From a virus (taxonomy: Duplodnaviria > Caudoviricetes): 30,169 bases of DNA. Position numbers and translations under genes: made by a program. The DNA lies in the IMG/VR virus record IMGVR_UViG_3300044266_000076, positions 1-30,169 of that record. One strand, given 5' to 3'. The notes under the pieces were generated by a model. It was given only the letters and a program-made list of their open reading frames with translations, was not told the DNA's origin and searched no databases. Positions 8,795 to 16,994 of the stretch are shown here, in pieces. How positions within the stretch are numbered: the first letter of the stretch is position 1; every line of letters starts with the position of its first letter.

Positions 8795-9724
8795 ATGACA
8801 AAAACAATTGACACACTAGTGGATGACATCCACCAACTGTTCAAGGATGCGCTCGAAGGCAAGAGCGCTTCCATTGACTTGGAGGTGTTGTCACGCTTTG
8901 GCGTGAATGTTGCCAACCACATTGTGGATGACCTGACTGCACGCACCAAGAAGCGCACACCACACACACTGTACGCCAGTGAAGTAGGAAAGCCATGTGT
9001 GCGTCAGGTTTGGTATGGTGTGCACAAGCCTGAGCTGGGAGAAAAGCTGTTGCCTAATGCCCAGATCAAGTTTCTGTATGGAGACTGTGTTGAAGAGCTG
9101 GTCTTGTTCCTTGCTGAACAAGCAGGGCACAAGGTAGAGCTGCGGCAACAACCTGTCAAATACGAAGTTGCACATGGTGTACAATTAAGTGGGAGGATTG
9201 ACGCTCTTATCGACGGTGTTCTTGTTGACGTTAAGAGTTGTTCGCCCTACGGATTCAAGAAGTTTCAGGAAGGGTTGAATGATAGCAACGACAGCTTTGG
9301 CTATCGTGCACAATTGGCATCCTACAACTTGCACGTAATGGCAAAGCGTGCTGGGTTTCTTGCCATTGACAAACAGAATGGGAAACTTGGTTGGTTTGAA
9401 ATGACCGACTTCAGTCGTGACGATGTAATAGAGAAGCTGCTGAGCACAACTACCGCTTTGAAACGCAGTGCTCCTCCAGACCGGCACTTCAGTCTGGAAC
9501 CTGAAGGAAAGAGTGGGAACGAAAAGCTGTGTATGGAGTGCAGCTATTGTCCCTACAAGTTTGAGTGTTGGAAAGATGCCAATGGTGGTGCGGGTCTGAA
9601 AGCCTACGCCTACTCCACTGGGCCTGTGTTCCTAGGAACAGTTGTCAAGGCTCCGAAGGTTCCCGAAATACACCCTACAACTAAAGAGGGTGTGCCTAGT
9701 GAAGCCGAAAGTACTCCTGCTTGA
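8795..9724 (+). CDS. PD-(D/E)XK Cas4/RecB-like exonuclease
   Basis: GRIDALIDGVLVDVKS, QLASY, and cysteines KPC...CSYCPYKFEC. Start taken at MTKTIDTLVDDI. Confidence 0.85.
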   Translation: MTKTIDTLVDDIHQLFKDALEGKSASIDLEVLSRFGVNVANHIVDDLTARTKKRTPHTLYASEVGKPCVRQVWYGVHKPELGEKLLPNAQIKFLYGDCVEELVLFLAEQAGHKVELRQQPVKYEVAHGVQLSGRIDALIDGVLVDVKSCSPYGFKKFQEGLNDSNDSFGYRAQLASYNLHVMAKRAGFLAIDKQNGKLGWFEMTDFSRDDVIEKLLSTTTALKRSAPPDRHFSLEPEGKSGNEKLCMECSYCPYKFECWKDANGGAGLKAYAYSTGPVFLGTVVKAPKVPEIHPTTKEGVPSEAESTPA

Positions 9725-10448
9725 CATTGAAACAGCACCCAACAAGGCGTACATCTGGCAACTAAAGACCGACTACGTTTCAACCGATCAACTTATCAGC
9801 TCATCGCACATCCTGTGCGTCAGTGCTAAGTGGTTGGGCGAATCGGACATCACCTTTCGTAGTGTTTACGAGCATGGCCAGCGGGTCATGTTACAAGACA
9901 TACATGAAATGATTGGTGATGCTGATGTTGTAGTGCATTACAACGGCACCAAGTTTGACATTCCCACTCTCAACCGTGAGTTCTTGTGTGAGGGCATGGC
10001 TCCCCCGTCCCCTCTGCGTCAAGTTGACCTGCTTCCAGTCGTTAGGAAACAGTTTAAGTTCACGTCCAACAAGCTCGACTACGTATGTCAGCAGTTGGGA
10101 CTAGGGAATAAGGTGCACCACAAGGGGATGGAATTGTGGGACGGCTGCATGGCTAACGACCCTGCATCGTGGAAGGTTATGGAGAAGTATAACAAGATGG
10201 ACGTTGTCCTTCTTGAGCGTCTCTACAACCGACTGCTGCCGTGGATTCCCCGTCTTCCCAATCACACGTTGTACACAGGTCTGTCCGACTCGTGTCCTCG
10301 TTGTGGCAGCAAGAAGTTTACACGTCGAGGTGTAGCCCACACCTATTCGTTGACCTACCAACGCTATCAATGCAACAAGTGCATGGGTTGGTTCTCTGGG
10401 CAAGTTGACAAATTGATACCGAGAACCAAATTCAAACCTATCAATTGA
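9699..10448 (+). CDS. RNase H-like (DnaQ-type) 3'-5' exonuclease with C-terminal zinc ribbon
   Basis: LLDIET, HYNGTKFD, YNKMDV and CPRC...CNKC; GTG start at 9699. Confidence 0.85.
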   Translation: MKPKVLLLDIETAPNKAYIWQLKTDYVSTDQLISSSHILCVSAKWLGESDITFRSVYEHGQRVMLQDIHEMIGDADVVVHYNGTKFDIPTLNREFLCEGMAPPSPLRQVDLLPVVRKQFKFTSNKLDYVCQQLGLGNKVHHKGMELWDGCMANDPASWKVMEKYNKMDVVLLERLYNRLLPWIPRLPNHTLYTGLSDSCPRCGSKKFTRRGVAHTYSLTYQRYQCNKCMGWFSGQVDKLIPRTKFKPIN

Positions 10449-10455
10449 GGTTGCC

Positions 10456-10623
10456 ATGCGTTTGCATGAACTGAAAGACGTTGTATCCCGTCAGGTTGGA
10501 GAGCCTGACGAACTCGTTTCACTACTTGAACTCTCTGTCGAAGACATCCTTGACCGCTTCACCGACAAGCTGCTTGAGCATAAGGAAAAGTTTGGTGTGA
10601 TGGATGGCGACGACACCGCGTAA
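10456..10623 (+). CDS. small acidic hypothetical protein (55 aa, not in the ORF track)
   Basis: RBS GAGG, then MRLHELKDVVSRQVGEPDELVSLLELSVEDILDRFTDKLLEHKEKFGVMDGDDTA; fills the gap between neighbouring genes. Confidence 0.75.
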   Translation: MRLHELKDVVSRQVGEPDELVSLLELSVEDILDRFTDKLLEHKEKFGVMDGDDTA

Positions 10624-10981
10624 TGGTGGGTTGTGGACGGAAGCACGCTTCAAGAGTTTTGTAATTAGCAAGCTGAGAGCTGGTCTTAGATGGTGGCCTC
10701 CTAAGTTTCGTGTTCTTAAGAACGCGGCAACCGAACGGAAGGTCAATCCTAAGACCGGCAAGCTTGCTATGCACTACCTCTGTAAGAAATGCAAGCGTGA
10801 CTTTCCACTCAAAGAGGTACAGGTAGATCATAAAAATCCAGTGGTTGATACCAAGACTGGGTTTGTCTCTTGGGACGTCTACGTCGAACGTATGTTCGTT
10901 GAAGACAAGATGTTGCAGGTGTTGTGTAAGCCCTGCCACAAAATCAAGAGCGACAAGGAACGGGCAAAACGTGGCCGATAA
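10604..10981 (+). CDS. HNH endonuclease
   Basis: CKKC...VQVDHKNP...LQVLCKPCHKIKS. Confidence 0.88.
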   Translation: MATTPRNGGLWTEARFKSFVISKLRAGLRWWPPKFRVLKNAATERKVNPKTGKLAMHYLCKKCKRDFPLKEVQVDHKNPVVDTKTGFVSWDVYVERMFVEDKMLQVLCKPCHKIKSDKERAKRGR

Positions 10982-12722
10982 GAGCCGATTCAAGACGCCT
11001 TTCGCAGAGCACATCTTCAGACAAAAATATGCCATCAGTCCTGACGACAGTTGGGACAACTTGGCGTTGCGTGTTGTCGATGATGTATGCGGTACGGTTG
11101 GAGGTACAGAACGCCCCTTGATGAGCAAGGAGGACAGGCAACAACTGGTGCAGTACATCGCGGAGATGAAATTTATCCCAGGTGGACGGTACCTGTATTA
11201 CGCAGGACGCCCATTCAAAGCCTACAACAACTGCTATTTGTTGAAGTGCGAAGAGGACACACGAGAAGAATGGAGCGCTGTCACGCAACGAGCTATGGCC
11301 TGTCTTATGACGGGCGGAGGTATAGGAATTGACTACTCTGTTATTCGTCCTAGCGGTCGTCTTCTTGGTCGGACTGGTGGTAAGGCTTCTGGCCCGATCC
11401 CCCTCATGCACACCATCAACGAAGTCGGACGTAACGTCATGCAGGGCGGCAGTCGGCGCAGTGCCATATACGCGTCACTCAACTGGCAGCACGAAGACGC
11501 GCAAGACTTTCTTAAGGTCAAAAACTGGCACGATAAAAAGATAGGCGATGCAACCAAGCGCATTGCTGGTCTTGGTGCACAAGACTATACGCTATGGGAT
11601 GCAAAGCAAGCCGACTTCAACTTCCCTGCCCCGCTGGACATGACCAACATCAGCCTCAACTACGACAACTCGTTCCTAGGAACAATGCGTTGTGTTGATG
11701 ACAAGGCCACCAAGGGATACAAGTTTGAAGTTAAGCCGGAAGGTTTGCCGCAGACATTCATTGACAACTGCCGACAGGCAATGAGCACAGGTGAGCCTGG
11801 GTTCAGCTTCAACTTCGGAGCTAAAGAGAATGAGACGTTACGTAATGCGTGCACTGAAGTCACAAGTTGTGATGACAGTGATGTGTGCAATCTTGGTTCA
11901 GTCAACATGGGTGCTATCACTAGCTTGGCTGAGTTCCAAGACGTCGTCTCACTCGCCTCCAAGTTCCTCGTATGCGGCACCGTCCGTGCCGATTTGCCCT
12001 ACGCCAAAGTCAGGGCAGTTCGGGAAAAGAACCGGAGGTTGGGTTTAGGGTTGATGGGGATACACGAGTGGCTGCTGAAAAGAGGAGTGAAGTATGAGGT
12101 CGGTGACGAACTACGTAACTGGCTTAGCTGCTATCGAGAAGTGTCAACATCTAGTGCAAACGCACACTGCGATAGGCTTTATCTTAGCCGCCCTGTTGCT
12201 TATCGCGCCATCGCTCCCACGGGAAGTATTGGGATTCTTGCTTCTACTACTACAGGGATTGAGCCTTTGTTTGCTGTCGCGTACAAACGCCGCTATCTCA
12301 AAGATGGGACAAGATGGCATTACGAGTACGTTGTTGATGCAACAGCAGACCAGCTCATTAGGGAGTATGGCCTCAAGGCTGAACAGATAGAAACAGCCAA
12401 GTCGTTGGCTACCGACTACGGACGACGCATTAAATTCCAAGCAGACGTTCAAGACTACGTGGACATGTCAATTAGTTCCACTATCAATCTTCCCCAGTGG
12501 GGCAGCAAAGAAAACAATGAAGACTGTGTGGATCGCTTTGCATCTACTCTTGCTACACATGCTCATCGCTTGCGGGGATTTACATGCTACCCCGATGGTA
12601 GCCGTGGTGGACAGCCCATCACTGAAGTCCCCTACGAGGAAGCCCGTAAGCACAAGGGTGTAGTGTTTGAAGAGAACGACGTGTGTGTCATTTCAGGAAA
12701 GGGCGGAACATGCGGAAGTTGA
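10971..12722 (+). CDS. nrdJ: ribonucleotide reductase, probably class II (adenosylcobalamin-dependent)
   Basis: NNCY, GGGIG, GGSRR, NACTE (radical Cys), CNLGS, IAPTGS, TTGIEP and a C-terminal Cys pair CVISGKGGTC. No NrdB subunit is adjacent. GTG start at 10971. Confidence 0.88.
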   Translation: MADKSRFKTPFAEHIFRQKYAISPDDSWDNLALRVVDDVCGTVGGTERPLMSKEDRQQLVQYIAEMKFIPGGRYLYYAGRPFKAYNNCYLLKCEEDTREEWSAVTQRAMACLMTGGGIGIDYSVIRPSGRLLGRTGGKASGPIPLMHTINEVGRNVMQGGSRRSAIYASLNWQHEDAQDFLKVKNWHDKKIGDATKRIAGLGAQDYTLWDAKQADFNFPAPLDMTNISLNYDNSFLGTMRCVDDKATKGYKFEVKPEGLPQTFIDNCRQAMSTGEPGFSFNFGAKENETLRNACTEVTSCDDSDVCNLGSVNMGAITSLAEFQDVVSLASKFLVCGTVRADLPYAKVRAVREKNRRLGLGLMGIHEWLLKRGVKYEVGDELRNWLSCYREVSTSSANAHCDRLYLSRPVAYRAIAPTGSIGILASTTTGIEPLFAVAYKRRYLKDGTRWHYEYVVDATADQLIREYGLKAEQIETAKSLATDYGRRIKFQADVQDYVDMSISSTINLPQWGSKENNEDCVDRFASTLATHAHRLRGFTCYPDGSRGGQPITEVPYEEARKHKGVVFEENDVCVISGKGGTCGS

Positions 12723-12853
12723 AAGTAGTGTTTGAATGTGTCTGCGGTTTTAAAACAACCAATCGGAACTTCAAAGAATTCCATCGGTGCAACCTCACGG
12801 TACCTCGTGCCCCTACAAAAGCAGACAAGAAAGGAGGCACGTGTGGAAGTTAA
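12710..12853 (+). CDS. 47-aa Cys/His-containing protein ending in a duplicate of the RNR tail (not in the ORF track)
   Basis: MRKLKVVFECVCGFKTTNRNFKEFHRCNLTVPRAPTKADKKGGTCGS; the ATG overlaps the end of the RNR gene. Confidence 0.65.
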   Translation: MRKLKVVFECVCGFKTTNRNFKEFHRCNLTVPRAPTKADKKGGTCGS

Positions 12854-13076
12854 TGAAAACTTTGTCAGTCTTGAAGTAGAGCAAGACAAGACATCCCATT
12901 GTGTGATGCTTTGCCTGCGTTACGACGACACGGAGCATTTGTTACGTTTAACAGAGCGCATACCTGGGTCGGCTTTGAACACGCCGCACCCTGAGTATGT
13001 GTTCGATTCGTACATCCATCTACTTGTCAGCCAGATGCTAAACAGATTGGAAGCACTCGGCCTGTTGAAAGATTGA
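12843..13076 (+). CDS. hypothetical protein
   Basis: Strong RBS AAGGAGG 5 nt before GTG 12843. Confidence 0.6.
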   Translation: MEVNENFVSLEVEQDKTSHCVMLCLRYDDTEHLLRLTERIPGSALNTPHPEYVFDSYIHLLVSQMLNRLEALGLLKD

Positions 13077-13077
13077 T

Positions 13078-13311
13078 ATGCAGCCGCAACTTGGAGTCCG
13101 GTTGTACAACAAATATGTGGTTATTGGTTTGGAAGTTCCTGATCCTGCCCATCCATTGGTCGATTCAGTTGGGAAGCAGCATACTCTGCTGCAACCCACT
13201 GAGATTATGGTGAGACCACGCAACAAATACCAGAAACCGCACATCGGTAAGAAGCAAATTGCCAAGGAGTTAAAGAGACGTAAACAACCCATTGCAAGTA
13301 ACAAGGAGTAG
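13078..13311 (+). CDS. hypothetical basic protein
   Basis: Tightly packed ORF with a K/R-rich C-terminus; start uncertain. Confidence 0.5.
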   Translation: MQPQLGVRLYNKYVVIGLEVPDPAHPLVDSVGKQHTLLQPTEIMVRPRNKYQKPHIGKKQIAKELKRRKQPIASNKE

Positions 13312-13313
13312 TT

Positions 13314-13541
13314 ATGTATCAAGTTTTCAAGAACAAGCGTTTGGTCAAAGCCCTGAACTACAAACAAGAAGCATACGCAACTTACGAAGAGGCGCGGCAA
13401 GCTCTGCGTAAATACATCCGTATGCTGGTGAACAAGGGCAAGGCGAGCGCCAAGGACTTTGGCTCGTACGCTTTTGATGGCATCAGCCGTGGCCCTGTCA
13501 ATTACACCAACTTCGGGTTCTCGATCCGACAAGTGGCGTAA
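13314..13541 (+). CDS. hypothetical basic protein
   Basis: RBS AAGGAG; 75 aa. Confidence 0.7.
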   Translation: MYQVFKNKRLVKALNYKQEAYATYEEARQALRKYIRMLVNKGKASAKDFGSYAFDGISRGPVNYTNFGFSIRQVA

Positions 13542-13556
13542 CGTTCTTAGGAACAT

Positions 13557-13632
13557 GCTGCCGTAGCTCAGTTGGTAGAGCAGCGGTTTTGTAAACCGAA
13601 GGTCGTAGGTTCAATCCCTACCGGCAGCACCA
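13557..13632 (+). tRNA. tRNA-Thr(TGT)
   Basis: 76-nt cloverleaf: acceptor GCTGCCG/CGGCAGC, D arm GCTC-AGTTGGTA-GAGC, anticodon loop TT-TGT-AA, T loop TTCAATC, encoded CCA. Confidence 0.95.
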
Positions 13633-13641
13633 GTTGCAAAT

Positions 13642-13672
13642 AAAAAGGCCAGCTATTAAGCTGGCCTTTTTT
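13642..13672. terminator. bidirectional rho-independent terminator
   Basis: AAAAA-GGCCAGCT-ATTA-AGCTGGCC-TTTTTT near the convergence of the two gene arms. Confidence 0.9.
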
Positions 13673-13687
13673 CTTTTGGAGAACTAA

Positions 13688-13972
13688 ATGAAATACAGTT
13701 GGCTGTTGTTGTTTCTAGTAGGCTGTGCCACCCTTACTCCGGAAGCCAAGATGGTTCGCACCATCACTCCTGGCGTAGCTGTAGCACAAGGTTGTACCCA
13801 CCTCGGTATGGCTCAAGCCTTCAATCCTGCCATAGAGGGCGGCATGTCTGCTGCCCAAATCACCATACGCAATCGAGTGGCTGCGCGTAAAGGCAACGCT
13901 ATGGTTGTCACTTCCCAAGACTCAAGCGGTGGACACGGAGAGATCACTGCCGATGTCTACGCATGCCCCTGA
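13688..13972 (+). CDS. small lipoprotein (DUF4156-like)
   Basis: Signal peptide MKYSWLLLFLVG-C with a lipobox, further Cys in GCTHLG and terminal VYACP; RBS GGAG. Confidence 0.75.
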   Translation: MKYSWLLLFLVGCATLTPEAKMVRTITPGVAVAQGCTHLGMAQAFNPAIEGGMSAAQITIRNRVAARKGNAMVVTSQDSSGGHGEITADVYACP

Positions 13973-14437
13973 CACCCACTTGTATTCCACCTCAACCTCG
14001 TTGTAGCTCTCAATCTTGGTGGGGTCTTCCCCTTTCTTCAGCAACGACTGGATGAGTTCTGCCATTGTCGGGCGGGAGTTGAGGATGCCCCACTGCATCT
14101 TCCCATCCTTCCTCATTACAGGCGCGTAGCCGCGTCCTACGATGGTGCAGCCGTGCACATCCGTAACCTCCGGCGCTCCGCCAGCCCATGTCCCAGTGTG
14201 GACTAGACAGGCTACTCTCCCGTTCTTATCCTCCCACCGTATAACCAGCCGGTTCATTGTCGGACTCCACCACACCCTGCCCTTGTAGGTGTCAGCCTTA
14301 GTGCAGCTAATCCCTGTCTTGTTGTCCTTCCACGGCAGTTCCAGAGTGTCGCACTCAAACCCGTTCTCAAGAACAAGGTGGCCTGCCGTCCCATGACTGG
14401 TTGACGGCTGCCGTACAACGGTTCCTTTAATAATCAT
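13922..14437 (-). CDS. DUF5675-family protein, possible cell-wall enzyme/endolysin
   Basis: GTAGHL...CDTLELPWKDN...SC...VHTG...HGCTIVG pattern; last gene of the virion arm. Confidence 0.7.
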   Translation of the reverse strand: MIIKGTVVRQPSTSHGTAGHLVLENGFECDTLELPWKDNKTGISCTKADTYKGRVWWSPTMNRLVIRWEDKNGRVACLVHTGTWAGGAPEVTDVHGCTIVGRGYAPVMRKDGKMQWGILNSRPTMAELIQSLLKKGEDPTKIESYNEVEVEYKWVSGACVDIGSDLSVSTA

Positions 14438-16992
14438 TTGTCGTTTAAATGTTTAATGAAACGATTGATGTACGGCACTGTCTCTTCGGGTTTAGGAAGG
14501 AAAGCAAACCACTGGTCAGGAACACCAAACTTCGTTGCTTTTTCAACGGCTCGTTTTACTGCACCTTCCCCTGCGTTGTAGCCTGCGGCCACTTTAGCCA
14601 TGTCACCATTGAACAGCTTTGACAAATCTGCTAGGTAGGCAAGTGCTGCTTTACCCGATTTTTCAGGGTCGAGGCGCTCGTCAATCCCTGCTTTAGAGTC
14701 AATGTTCAAGCCGTACTTAGCTGCGGTGTCAGGCATAAACTGATGCCTTCCAGCAGCTCCTTTAGGGCTGACTGCCGTATCTCCGCTGCGTTCGCCTGCT
14801 ACTACTGCTCCTAGTAATTTGTTAGGATCGAGTTCTGTTGTAGGTGCATCATTGCTTTTAGTAAGTGTCGGCTTACCAGTCAGCAGGGCTTTACGTTCTG
14901 TTGCACCAAAGTTGGTACGGATGTCCATCAGCACGTCGTTTGTCATTAGCTTAGGATCGAGCATCCTTCCTGCTGTTACAAACAAGGCAACGCCTTCATT
15001 CAACTTATCAGCAGCAGCTTGAGCGTTCTGGTAGTTCTCGTTCTTAAGAACAGACAGCGCACTGTTTTGCAGAGCAGTTGGTTCCAGAGAACGGCCAAGC
15101 AAACGTCCAGCCAACCCTACCCCAACACCTGCCGGTTTGTTCGGATCATTGTTACTGAAGAAACCAGCGCCACCTGTAACCGGTTTGGCATTGCTTGAAT
15201 CAATCTCAACCTTGAACAATCCTGTATTCGGATCGCTCTTAAGAACAAGTCGATGCCCTTGCTTAGCAATGACACTTAGAGCAGGGTCGTTGTACTTTGC
15301 AATTGCATCAATAAGCTGGTCACTGCGGCTTTTAATGTTTATTTCAGCAGACTGAATGATTGGTGTAAGAGCAATACCTTTCTGTTCAGGAGACAGCTCT
15401 TTAATTCGATTTTGAACATCCGCGTCATTCAACAAATCTGATGCCACCTTAAAATCACGGACACTGCCGAGATTGGTATTCTTATCAAATTGGATGATGT
15501 TGTTGACAAATGCTTTCTTCTTTTCAGGTGATTGGTTGGTGTCCTTAGCCCAGCTTTTGATGTTTTCAATGACATCAACAGCAGCCACCTGTGCCAATGC
15601 AGGATCGGTGGCGCGCACCTGATTCAAATCAACCGGCTTACCTTCAGCAATTGCCGCCATGATGTTTGCATGAGGAACAGGGTTCTTAAGAACTTGTGCA
15701 AATGCGTCTCCCAATCCAGTCCCCCATTTTTTGTCGAACGCCTCTTTCCCATTCGGCGTATTGGCTGTATCTACGTACATCTGGAACAACTCGGACGGTT
15801 GGAATTTCAGCTTATTGAGTGCAGTGATGTAAGGGTTGGCCATCTCAACTTGGGCAGCAAACAAATCAACGCGAGTCTTTGCGTTGTCTGCCATCTTCTT
15901 TAGCAGGTCTCGACCATCAGCGTTCTTAATAGCTTCCTGCCATTCCTTTGTGTCGTTCCTAATCTTGGCTTGTGCTTTTTCAATGGCACCGACAGACATG
16001 GGGTTCTTTGCTTTTCCAAGCTTTCCAATCTCTGCCGTCAGTTCCAGACCAATGGAGTCAATGGCTGCACCGAGTTCTCGTGATGCAGCATCCGCGTCCT
16101 CTGTCTTCCCACTAGCACGCAGTTGTGATAGTTGGCCAACCTTCTGTTGTAAAGCTCCAAGTCTGTCAGCAGACAAAGCAGCAATATACTTCCCCCACTC
16201 TTCATCAGCTTGGCCTGCCATCAATTGCTGGTTGTCAATCTTTGCCTTAGTGTCTTCCGCAAACGTACGGAATTGAGCACGCTGCATGTGCCGTTGCACG
16301 TCAGCACCAGTCACTTGTGACGGATTGATGTATCCGTTCTCTTTCATAATCTCGCCAATGGCTTGATTGGTGAGAGCAGCTTGACGCTCTGCGTTTTTCT
16401 CCGCAGCACTCTGTGTCGTCAACACTTTATGGATTCCATACACATCCAGCCGATCAATACCAGTCATGTCAGCCCCTACCTTGCGGAACTCCGCTGCCGC
16501 CCCAGGCATCATGGCTGAATACTTCTTGACAATGGCACCCATCCTGTTTAGGACTTCATCACGGCTCAGCATCCCTTGACTCTGAGCAGCAATTAGGCGT
16601 GAGGCTTCCTGCACAAAAGGCTGCGGGACTCCATCGGTGGCTTGCCCAGTAGACCAGCCGTCTCCCATCAGCATGTCATTAGCAGCAATGTTGTCTTTGG
16701 TTTGCTGTATGGTGGCGTTGACAGCCTTTTGCTGGGCACCCGTCGGGTTGTTCTCCAGCTTGTCCAGCTCTGCCTTGATGTCTTTAGACTCATCAGCCAG
16801 CAGTTTCCCTTTAGCTGCATCAAGAGCAGTTGTTCCTAAGAACGTCAAAGAGTCGGCCTTGGCTTTGCCACCAATCTTGATAGCTTCGCCTTGGCTTTGC
16901 GCTGCACTAATGAGGGTTTCACCAGCACGCCCTTTATCAGGCGCACCTACATCAGGAAGATATTGTCCGTAATTGATGTCTTTACCAGCCAT
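14434..16992 (-). CDS. internal virion (ejection) protein with C-terminal lytic transglycosylase
   Basis: C-terminal SLT motifs AGERSG, AVSPKGAAGRHQFMPDTA, AAGYNAGEG and EETVPYI. Confidence 0.85.
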   Translation of the reverse strand: MAGKDINYGQYLPDVGAPDKGRAGETLISAAQSQGEAIKIGGKAKADSLTFLGTTALDAAKGKLLADESKDIKAELDKLENNPTGAQQKAVNATIQQTKDNIAANDMLMGDGWSTGQATDGVPQPFVQEASRLIAAQSQGMLSRDEVLNRMGAIVKKYSAMMPGAAAEFRKVGADMTGIDRLDVYGIHKVLTTQSAAEKNAERQAALTNQAIGEIMKENGYINPSQVTGADVQRHMQRAQFRTFAEDTKAKIDNQQLMAGQADEEWGKYIAALSADRLGALQQKVGQLSQLRASGKTEDADAASRELGAAIDSIGLELTAEIGKLGKAKNPMSVGAIEKAQAKIRNDTKEWQEAIKNADGRDLLKKMADNAKTRVDLFAAQVEMANPYITALNKLKFQPSELFQMYVDTANTPNGKEAFDKKWGTGLGDAFAQVLKNPVPHANIMAAIAEGKPVDLNQVRATDPALAQVAAVDVIENIKSWAKDTNQSPEKKKAFVNNIIQFDKNTNLGSVRDFKVASDLLNDADVQNRIKELSPEQKGIALTPIIQSAEINIKSRSDQLIDAIAKYNDPALSVIAKQGHRLVLKSDPNTGLFKVEIDSSNAKPVTGGAGFFSNNDPNKPAGVGVGLAGRLLGRSLEPTALQNSALSVLKNENYQNAQAAADKLNEGVALFVTAGRMLDPKLMTNDVLMDIRTNFGATERKALLTGKPTLTKSNDAPTTELDPNKLLGAVVAGERSGDTAVSPKGAAGRHQFMPDTAAKYGLNIDSKAGIDERLDPEKSGKAALAYLADLSKLFNGDMAKVAAGYNAGEGAVKRAVEKATKFGVPDQWFAFLPKPEETVPYINRFIKHLNDK

Positions 16993-16994
16993 TG

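Noticed and set aside
8795-9724. Cas4-like nuclease as evidence of a CRISPR-Cas system
   Set aside because: There is no array and no other cas gene. Stand-alone Cas4-like exonucleases are common in phage replication blocks.
6227-12722. Intein or intron in the polymerase or RNR
   Set aside because: Both ORFs are continuous, of ordinary length, with motifs in order and no splice-junction signatures seen.
12739-12827. Cloverleaf-like ncRNA after the RNR (TGTCTGC/GCAGACA closing three weak hairpins)
   Set aside because: The inner stems are short and imperfect, tRNA consensus motifs are absent, and the 47-aa ORF explains the region better.
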